A DNA stretch of 64,000 nucleotides from NCBI GenBank assembly GCA_963693365.1, contig CAVNZM010000008.1:5604310-5668309 (forward strand), in the 5' to 3' direction. Position numbers and translations under genes: made by a program. The stretch's first letter is position 1, and the number at the start of each line of letters is the position of its first letter. The DNA is from Amoebidium appalachense (lineage: Eukaryota; Protista; Ichthyosporea). The notes under the pieces are model-generated. The model was given only the letters and a program-made list of their open reading frames with translations, was not told the origin of the DNA and searched no databases. Positions 39,042 to 64,000 of the stretch are shown piece by piece.

Positions 39042-39574
39042 ATGGGAAGCGGCAGATGAGGGGGGAGCGAGGGAGGAAGGTTTTGAAACACTCACCCCAG
39101 GGTTAGTGAATCCGTATTCAGGACTGCCAACCAAATCCTTGAAGATAGACACCATATCCACAAAGTAGAAATTGAAATTGGGATTAGCGTTCGCAATCTT
39201 GCCCCTAATCGACCCGATCGCGGTCTTGAGATCGTCACTGAATTTGTTTGTGATTGCGGAAATCGGCGCCCCGCCCTGGGAGGCCCCCAGGGGGGTGTCT
39301 CCGATCGGGGGGAGGCCAAAGACCATCACGTGACGTGCACCCGCAATCGCAAGGGTGGACACGATCATCTCCATCTGATGATAAGCAGCCAATCAGAAAG
39401 GGCAATCCAAATAAAGAATCCTATATCATGGGACTTCGGGTTCGTCTCGAATTCTACCCACTGCCTTTATAAAAAGGACACTGAGCTCCCCCCTCCCCCC
39501 CCCCCTCCCTCCCCCTCGCGAAGATCAAACCAACTAAAAGAAAGGGGGAGGGGGGAGGTGGGGGGAGGAGAGGG

Positions 39575-39616
<42 letters not shown>

Positions 39617-40544
39617 GGACTGAAGGAGGGAGGGATTGAGAGGGAGAGGGGGAGGGGGGGAGAGAGAGGGGGGGGGGGGGGAGGGAGGGAGGAAGGAAGG
39701 GGGGGGGGGGGAGAGAGAGAGGGAGGGAGAGATAAAGAGAGAAATCAACTACGATCCCATCACACCACCCAAATGCGCCTAACACACATATGTATACTTT
39801 CTCTTTTTCAGTTCCTCTTTTTCTCGGTCTCTCTTTCGCCTTCCCTCTACCCCCTCTTGCCCTCTTCCTACCCCCCCTCATTTTTTGTTCTTTTTGTTGT
39901 GGGCGGGAAGGGGGGAGGGGAGAGGGGGAGTAGAGGAAAGAGAAATCAGACGGAAGGGAGGAGGGGAGAGAGGGTAAGCAGCTAGGGTGGGCACGTGTAT
40001 GTGCTTGTGTGGGTTTGTATGGCGTGTGTGTGCGCGTGTGGGTGTGTGCATGTGCATTTTTTTTTGTGGTGGTGGTGGTGGTGGTGGTGGGGGCGGGGGG
40101 TTTGAATGCGGAACACGGTATGAAGTACGCATACACGAAGGACACATGCAAAGGCAAACATTCAAGTATGCAACATCAGCCATGCGCACAGTATGCGTCA
40201 TAAGCAGAGCCCATCCTCAGGGAGGGCCCTAGTCGTCAATTGCGTCTGAGTTTCGACCCCTTAGCCCGCGTATATACGACTCTCCGGGGGGGGGGGGGGG
40301 GGGGGGAGGGGGGCTTGTTGAGCAACAAAACAAGGAGGTGAATATACAACATGGAAGGCAAGCACAATAATTGTGCTTGTCAGGATTGGTGGGTGGATGG
40401 GTGCAACCGACAAAGAGAGTATATGGTATAGCACAGGCCCCGGAAGGGGGAGGGAGGGAGAGGGGGGGGGGGGGGGTGGGAGGGGGGGGGAGGGTTTGTG
40501 TCGATGTGTGTGGAGTCTACCGGTGATATGGCGAGTCTGCAATT

Positions 40545-40577
<33 letters not shown>

Positions 40578-41264
40578 AGAGTAGGCGGGAATACTAGGAA
40601 GAGCGCTGGGGACACACAAGCACACGTATCGATGCTACACAGAAGACAAACACACCGCACACACAAACAGACACCCACAGGCCCAGACCCAGGCCCAGAT
40701 CCCCCCCCCCCCACCCCCCCAACACACACACACACACGCACACATTTGGCCACACACCACACAACAGAAACGAACACAAAAACTGAAGTACACACAAAAC
40801 ACACACATCCACACACACAAACAGTCACACATATGTGCACTGTGACGAACACGCAACAGGGCCAACACACGACATGCCAGCGAACCATGCACCCACACAC
40901 ATGCCGACCCCTCAACCCCCCCCCCCCCCCCCCCCCTCCCCGCCCGAACCCCCTGCCAACACACACACACACACACACCCAACCCCTCCCCACCCCGATA
41001 ACACACTATGCTACACATGCACACATGCATGCCAAGAAGTAGGGCCACAAATAGACACGCGCACACACACATGCGCACACAGGCATACATTAATGCACGC
41101 ACTTACGCACGCGCAGACATCCAAGCATATACCCGCACACGCACAAAAGACGCTCAAAGTGAATCGAGGCACAGCTTATGTATTCATAACACCTTTTACC
41201 TTTAACTTTAACTTGTAATTTATCAGTGCACGTGCATGTGAGACAAGATAATGTGTCTATGTAT

Positions 41265-41329
<65 letters not shown>

Positions 41330-44033
41330 CAAGCTAACAGTGAACATGCACTAAACTAGATTGAACAGATATCAAAAACAAATATGGGAAACAGGCCTTC
41401 CTTCTCACTTTCAGTCCTTGTTTTAGCCCCTCATCCTCAAAAACACAAATAAAACTCTTACAAAAACAGAGAGAGAGGGGGGCAGAACGGAAGACAAAAG
41501 GTACCTTCTCAATAAGAGCTGTAGTGTTTGGTTTGAAGCCGGTGTTGACAAAATCATTCCCACCGACCCAAATGGCATAGAGACGGTCAGGAGACTCGGC
41601 TGGCGGGTGGTCGACAAGGGAGAGAAGCACCTGTGTGTGTGAGTGTGTGTGTGTGGGGGGGGGGGGGAGGAGGGGGGGGGGGGGGGAGAAGGGGGGGAGG
41701 CAGGGGGGAGGGGGGAGGGGGGAGGGGGAGGTGATGTATGCGTTAGAGGGTTGAAAATGTGGAGGAGACAACGAAGAGCAACAACAAAACGTCACAAAAG
41801 TGGGAAACCCAAAATCAAACCATTTAAGCGTGCAGGCAGAAGACACTTGAACAGAGCCCATCATCAGGGGTTCCTATGCCTCCACAAAAGCATGGGTTTC
41901 GACTCTTTAACCTCTCGCGCGTGGTTCCCAATCCGGGTGATGGTGTGTGTGTGTGTGTTGGGGGGGGGGGGGGGGGGGGGAGGGGGGGGAGGGGGTGACG
42001 GTGGGTGATTGTGGGGCGGAGGTGAGGGGAAGGGAAGGTGTGCTGGTGGAAGTTGGTTGTGTGTGTGATGGTGTAAGTTGGTGATGTGTACGTGCGTGTG
42101 TGTTGGTGTGTGTGTGTGTGTGTGTGTGTAAGCGCCAGTGAGTAGAGAGCAGAGACATATTAGAAAGTGTTTGTGCGCAGTCCAACAACTTTCATGAGGT
42201 TGTGCAAACCGAAATGCTCCGTGTAATAGCTTGATAATCTTCCCCCCCCCCCCCCCCCCCTTCAAACGCACACATACCCTTCTCTCTCACTCCGTATATG
42301 TGTGCATTCGCATATAAAAGTGTGAGTGAGTGAGTGTGTGTGCAATAGGCATGTATGTGTGTGCGTGTTGGGCAGTGTTCTGGCCTGTGCTCACAACAGA
42401 TGTGAGCACGTGTGCAACGGTGTGTATGTATTGCTGCACGTCACACTGGTGCTTGCTCCTGCCTTTGACCACCCCCCGTTTTTGGATGTACATCTCTCTC
42501 TCTCTCTCTCTCTCTCTCTTGAGTCTCTCTCTCTGTTTCTGTGTGTGTGTGTGTGTGTGTGTGGGCGCGGGTGCGAACACCGTTGGTGCCCGGCGAACAC
42601 ACAAATGCACGAGTCTATGCATATGAGCGCCAAGCCATATCTTTGTTGTAAACGCATGCCGTGTGTGTGCGGGTGTTCGGGTGCATGTGTTGTGGTGCAC
42701 TTGTGTCGCAGTCCCTTGGTGCAGTTTGTGCCTATCACTCACTCACATATGCCTCAGAGCGAATCTAAGAATACGCACAAGTACAAACAAATACGTGCAT
42801 CCCTGCTTGCCAGAATGTGCGCCATGTACAGGTGAAATCGTGTGAAGACGTGCCCGTGCGTTCTAGGACTTTTGTGGTTGCGTGTGGCGTCCCTAGTACT
42901 CGCGTACGTGATAGCAGGCATGCCCATGCCCATTTTGCATGTGTATGCATTTTTTTTTTGTGTGTGTGTGTGTGCGTGTGTTGTGCAAGCGTGTGTGTGT
43001 GTGTGTGTGTGTTCCTTATACATGAAAAGCCATGACACCTAAGCTTAGCATATATTTGTTCCATGTGCATCATCGGGTTGTGCCTAGGGACATGTGATGG
43101 GAATATTATTCGCAAGGCCACCGCAACGATTACTACCTGATCATACACTGACGGGACAGGGATGTTGATACCAACAACATTAGACTTGACCAGCGTATTA
43201 TCGATCGTAGATCCCGCATAGGCCCATGTCGTGAGGGGGGTCTTCAGCGTCCCGGCCACAAATTCAGACCAAATCGGCCCGTTGCTGAGCCTGCCGTTGT
43301 GGTATGGGGGCGAGGGGGGAAACTGTTTTCCCGTAAGTTTGAACACGTTGCCGGTCTCAGAGAGCGAGTCACCATACACAAAAAGTTCAGAAAAGCATGT
43401 GGTGTTACTGGGACCAGTGGAGGATGGGGGTGTGCTGGGAGGAAGGGCCGCCGCTTGAGTCTGGGCCGGGGCAACAGGCGAAGTAGAAGTATTTGCTTTG
43501 GGTGATGAGGTGGGGGCCATTCCACTAGCCGCACTAGGGGATGTAGCTGTGGCCGAGGGGGCCGCTTTAAGAGGGGTGGGGCCGGCGCCCTGCTGGAGGC
43601 TCCCTCCCGGACCCTGTCTGAAAAACTCATCCATCACTAGATGTTCCTCCGAAGGACCGTCCATCCTTGGCGCATCATCACTTGGCCCGCTTCGTAGTTT
43701 CGGCGTGTCATCCTCGTCATCTTCGGTGAATGGCTCCTCCTTCTCTTCATCATCGACCGGGAGATCATTGTTTGCAGCTTCGCCACCGCTTGGTTTTTCA
43801 GGTGCATCTCTGAAAAAGTCATTGACAGGGTCTGGTACGGCCGGGGCGGTCGCGGAAAGGGCCGCCGGGGGTTCCGCGGGGGCGGGGGCAGGGGCGGGGG
43901 CGGGGGGTTCCGAGGGGGTATCGTCAACGATGAAGTCTGCGCTTGGTGGGTAGGTCTGGCGCCTTTGGAGCGTGGAGTGGGCCTCAACAGCACTGAGCGC
44001 CGCAAGGAGAGATGTGATGCATGCTATCCTCAT
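38382..44033 (-). CDS. Secreted GDSL/SGNH-family lipase/acylhydrolase
   Basis: Exons 44033-43137, 41630-41505, 39374-39096 and 38645-38382, all phase 0. Signal peptide MRIACITSLLAALSAVEA. SGNH blocks FVYGDSLSETGN, GRLSNGPIW, WAYAGS, WVGGNDF and FFDSLHPT. Confidence 0.93.
40101..40285 (-). mobile_element. Family A element
   Basis: Near-identical to 31872-32070; flanked by G runs on both sides; in GDSL intron 2. Confidence 0.8.
41733..41935 (-). mobile_element. Family A-related divergent subfamily
   Basis: Carries AGAGTCGAAAC...CCCCTGATGATGGGCTCTG on the minus strand. Its 3' end ACCCTCTAACGCATACATC is shared with about 32286-32305 (-) and 25640-25660 (+). Confidence 0.6.
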
Positions 44034-45374
44034 TTTTGTCTTGTTTTGTGCGTCTGTGTGTGTGTTTACTCGAACGGCTGAAAGCAGAAACCTATCCGCT
44101 TGGAAGCTATTCGGCAGGCTTGGTATTTTTAAGCCACTTTGATTTAATGGTCGTGTGTTATATTCTCTCCCTTACTTACAGCTTACACAAGTGGAGAAGA
44201 GTACAGACCATGAAAGATAAGTGGGGAACGAGGGCCGAGTCCGACCCAGTCCAGTTTCAAAACAAACAAAAAAACAGAAGACTGAATGGCCCACTTTATG
44301 CGGTGGTATGTGTTGGCATACCAAATGGTGAGTGTTGAGCCAATAGAAACGAAGAAATATATCACTTACAGGGCTTCAAAAGTTTGAATGGCTCAAAACC
44401 CCCCCGCCTTAGAAACAGTCTGTAGAACAATGCTTTATGTTACATCACCGCATTTTCCCACCGAAACACATAATCATTAAATTCAAAAAAGTTACTACAA
44501 CTGGTTACGCAAATATAACAAACGAAAAACGTATGGCATCCAAGCCAAGTGAAGTATACTTATTAGTGTCAGCAGCACTGAATCATGAGGTATTCCTGCA
44601 ATATGATTGGACTGCTGGTCAATAAAATCTGAAAATTAAAAAAATTCATGACTCGTGAGTGACTCAGTCACTCAGAGTCCAAACATTCGGCGTCGAGCTT
44701 GTCCAGTTTCGCGAGTTTGTGGAAGCTTGCGCTGTCAACTCATACAATAGCGACTTATGTAAGGGCAGTTATAAAGTCAAACACGTACACCTGCTTGGTG
44801 CTTTATAGACGCTGCACTGGCTACACAATTCTTCAAGCTCTCGTTGTGTATGTAGTCACTGCTGAAGTACTTGCCGTGGGAGCCCGACACGCCCACTAAC
44901 ACAAAGGGCTTGGCGGGGAACAGAACAATGTGACAAGCTATAACATGTCAGCATGCTATAAGTTAGGTTGTCGTGGGAGCACAACTTTAGTAGACGCCGG
45001 TCTATGTTGTGGATGCACGTGGTGGGAAAGGGATGGAGAGTAAGAAGGAATTTTTTTACAAGGAGTGACCCAATCCACACGCATGCACCCAAGTGGAAAA
45101 CCGTGCGTGAAGCGTATGCACATACAAGCACGTGCTCACAACAAGATCACCACGTGAAATCGTGCTGTGAGCACCATACCAGGAACACACACGTGCATGA
45201 AAACTCCTGCGGACATAGACCTCAGCGCGCTGACGTCATCGGGGTTTTGAATAGCTAAGCGCACCGATCGAGAGAGAAAACGTAAAAAAGATATCTTCGC
45301 TGCCAGTTTTTTTTTTTAACAAAAGCGTAGTCTTTTCTGCATAAAACGCAAGCAAACTCATACGTGCATAAGAC

Positions 45375-46100
45375 TTTTGTTTCTGTTTATTTTTTGTTTT
45401 GTTTCCTTGACCGGTTTAGCCCAATGTAGCTAGGTAACCGTTGACACCATGCAGGAACACAGGACCTTCAATTGCACACTCCTATACAAGCACTCCTCTC
45501 TGCCAACCCCGCCTCCCTTTTTTTTCGCAAGTAGTATCCACCCGACCCGCTGTCTCTAGGCTTTAACAGCGGCTTCTCTTACTCTGCGTTTCTTTTCTTT
45601 GTCTCTCTCTTTGGGCCCTCTTCCTTCCTCGGTTCTCCCTCCGGGCCCCGTCTCTCTCTCTCTCCTTCCCTCTTGTTTTTTTGTCCTACCTACGTGTAGG
45701 GAAACAGGAAGGTTATGTCTCTGTTTATTTCGTTAGGGGCAGAGGGGAAGGAGCTGAAGAGGTACGTGCAGGGCCAACTTCAACAGTGCCATCTTGGTCG
45801 AGACGGCCGTGGTGCATAGTCGAGAATTCGAAGGGGCATAGCCTGGGCCGTTAGACTAGCACGGAACTCCAATATTTCCTGATGGAGTGTTGAACGATCG
45901 GTATCGAGAAACAGTATGGTGCAGGAGAGATGCTTAGAGGAAGCAGACGAGCGGGCGTGTCCGGGACGGGGTATGGGGAGGGGGGGGGGGGGGGAGGAGG
46001 AGGGGGAAAGAGATCCAGGGAAACGAGAACCAGAGTTGGAATAGAGGAGAGGAGAAAGCAGGAAGAAAGCTCTCGAGCTTTAAGGACAGACTAGAGCCTC
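45375..46100 (-). mobile_element. Possible retroelement 3' fragment (right boundary uncertain)
   Basis: On the minus strand it ends TAAACCGGTCAAGGAAACAAAACAAAAAATAAACAGAAACAAAA, resembling the 21-kb and 59-kb termini. No TSD or ORF recognised. Confidence 0.3.
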
Positions 46101-46313
46101 TTGTGTGTTTTAGTTGTGACAGTGACAGAAACGAAATAGGTAAGAGTGATAAAAGGACACTGGAATCGGAGGGAGGGCAAGGCTACATGGGCTATAGGGA
46201 GGCCCTTGGAATGGGGGAAATGCTGAAACGGAGACCCAAAAGAGAGCCCCTGGCGGCTGCCTAGGGATAGGGACGAGCAGAGCACCCGCACACACGTGCA
46301 CATGCATACCCAC

Positions 46314-46352
46314 CAAGGCCTCCTAAATTTCACTCCTATTTAGGAGGCCTTG
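46314..46352. mobile_element. 39-bp miniature hAT-like element
   Basis: 15-bp perfect TIR CAAGGCCTCCTAAAT / ATTTAGGAGGCCTTG with a 9-bp spacer. 8-bp TSD ATACCCAC at 46306-46313 and 46353-46360. Related hairpin at 17920-17951. Confidence 0.75.
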
Positions 46353-46444
46353 ATACCCACACACACACACACACACACACGCTTTGCGCGCGCACACACA
46401 CACACACCTAGGCACACTGCAAACAGCAAGATCCAACGTCACAG

Positions 46445-46525
<81 letters not shown>

Positions 46526-46529
46526 CCCC

Positions 46530-46595
<66 letters not shown>

Positions 46596-46637
46596 CCCCC
46601 CCCCTTTTCTCTCTCTTTCTCTCTCTCTCTCTCTTAG

Positions 46638-46704
<67 letters not shown>

Positions 46705-46976
46705 CTGTGTGTGTGTGTTTGTGTGTGCAAGTGTGCACGCACAGTGTGTGAAACACTCACGCGATGAGCGTACGCGAAGAAAGCTAACGAATACCGACCT
46801 GGAATGGCTTGTGTGCGTGTGTGTGTGGGGGGGGGGGGGAGGGGGGGGGGGGGGAGAGAGAAAGAGAGAGTGCCTCTTGAGAGAGCGAGAGAGCGCCTCG
46901 GACTGGTGAGAGAGAGATCGAGAGAATTTTGAGGAGAGAGATCTTCGGGGAGAGGTGGGGGGAGAGCTTGAGGGGG

Positions 46977-47016
<40 letters not shown>

Positions 47017-48605
47017 AGGAAAAAAGAGAGAGCGAGAGTAGGTGTGAGCCTTAGGGTATGGGGGGAAAGAGACATAAAAGAAGGGAGAGGCTCCGGAGAA
47101 AGCGAGGGGCATGGAGAGAGAGAGAGAGAGAGGAGGGGCTGAGGAGAGAGAGAGTGTGTGTGTGTGTGAGCGAGCGAGAGGGGGTCTCGCAACAAGGGGG
47201 AGGGGGAGACAGTGGCGGCGGGTGAGGGGCGGGGGGGTGTGGTGGTGGTGGTGGGGGGGGGGGGGGGGGGGAAGGGGGGGCGGTAATCAGCGCCAGGGGA
47301 GAAAGGTGGCGGGGCAGGGACTTAGAATTATAACTAAAAAGGCGAAGCCGGACACCGAGAGGATGGCAAACGCAGAGTGCTGAGCAAAGTGTTATATTTC
47401 CATTGCTTCTATTAACGACACGGAGACTATAGAATAGGTTGTAGGTTACACGTTAGAACACATTGCTATCATCAATGAGCGAGGTCTTTAGAGACTCTCA
47501 ATATGTGTACACTACCTATAGATCATAGTATTTGGCAGCGCCGAGTGAAACCTTTTTCTGTGCTTTATAAAAAGAATATACTACTGTCAGGCGCTTCCAT
47601 TCGTTCCGTGTTGAGAGTGCGAGGAACGAGTGCCACCGTTGTACAGGCCGGGGGAGTCCTCCGGCGTTCTCATATGCATATATGAGCGGAAGCTTTTGCT
47701 ATCCGAAACTAATTGCGCAATCAATCGATTAAAGCCGCGCTGAGGTCTATACACATCGTACACGTACACAAACTTGCCACACGTACACACTTGCACTCAA
47801 GCAAGCTACATAAAACAATGCGGTGCTGCCCGAGTTAATATTAGCCAAGCACGCAACCTAAGCATTTCGATTGCACGTGTTTTCGAGAACTATGCACATG
47901 TGCGCATGTATGTGCCTGCCGTTGTGTTCATGTGCCCACGTATGTGCATTCCGTTGTGTTTACATAGGCCAATGCCATAATTTCATAGCGCCCGGCCCTA
48001 TATACTTGACGTAAGTTATGATAGGGCACAGAGGGGGCCCTTCTGCGAGGCGAGGCAATTGCAAACGAAAAGGCTCCTCCGGCTTATAATATTAGACTAC
48101 AAGGAAAAATTGACATCCAATAAAAAGGGGCATTGTTATCTGTTCTGAATCTGTAACCAATCATCATCAAGATTAAGAGATTGCGTTTGCCTTATAAGTT
48201 ACTTCGGCTCTGCCCGGAGGCTGACAGTGAGCCTGTCACCTTTCGTGACAATGAGACGCGTCTCGCAACAGACTGAGGAAAAGTGCGTGCGTGTGTTCAA
48301 CGTTCGTGGGGAGGCCGTTGAACCATTTTCGAGACCAAGGAATGTGTGTGTGTAGTAGTGTGTGCATATTGCACGTCTTCTTGTACGCGTATGTGTGCAT
48401 GCACCTTTTTGTGAAAATAGAAAACCTGGCAGGTTTTTAGAGCAAATCTCCCTGGCCTGTTTTCCCGGTCTCCCTCCCCCCCGAGTCAGGACACCTATCC
48501 TCTCCCACCACCACCACCATCGTGCACCCGCATATTTTTACCTTGACCAAGAGATAATGTTAGCCTTACAAACGTGAATGCATTAATCAAAACTTGTGTA
48601 ATAAC

Positions 48606-63834
<15,229 letters not shown>

Positions 63835-63838
63835 GTAG

Positions 63839-63990
<152 letters not shown>

Positions 63991-64000
63991 CGCGCGCGCG

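Overview
Eukaryotic genomic DNA, extremely rich in poly-C/poly-G, (CA)n/(GT)n and (CT)n tracts, so almost all ORFs in the supplied track are microsatellite artefacts. The gene content (PDZD8-like SMP protein, Sho1/LCI1-like tetraspan protein) suggests a unicellular opisthokont such as an ichthyosporean or early-diverging fungus; this is inference only. Manual GT-AG splicing gives six genes. (1) A 5'-incomplete giant secreted mucin/adhesin with Cys-rich modules, a Thr/Val stalk, a DUF11-like domain and a choice-of-anchor-A domain (841-11117 +). (2) A small secreted Cys/Trp-repeat protein (19895-20308 +). (3) A 4-TM Sho1/LCI1-like protein without SH3 (22367-26787 +). (4) A disordered RRxS-rich protein (35957-28622 -). 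(5) A secreted GDSL/SGNH hydrolase (44033-38382 -). (6) A 3'-incomplete PDZD8-like protein, TM-SMP-C2-C1-coiled coil, that has no PDZ domain (48606->63834 +). Between and within genes lie several small mobile elements, many with readable target-site duplications. The most unusual signals are an intronic element family that always sits in poly-C tracts in the host-sense orientation and carries a conserved hammerhead-like RNA motif, and an intron grammar in which (CA)n replaces the polypyrimidine tract. Three single-base homopolymer frameshifts are probably long-read assembly errors.
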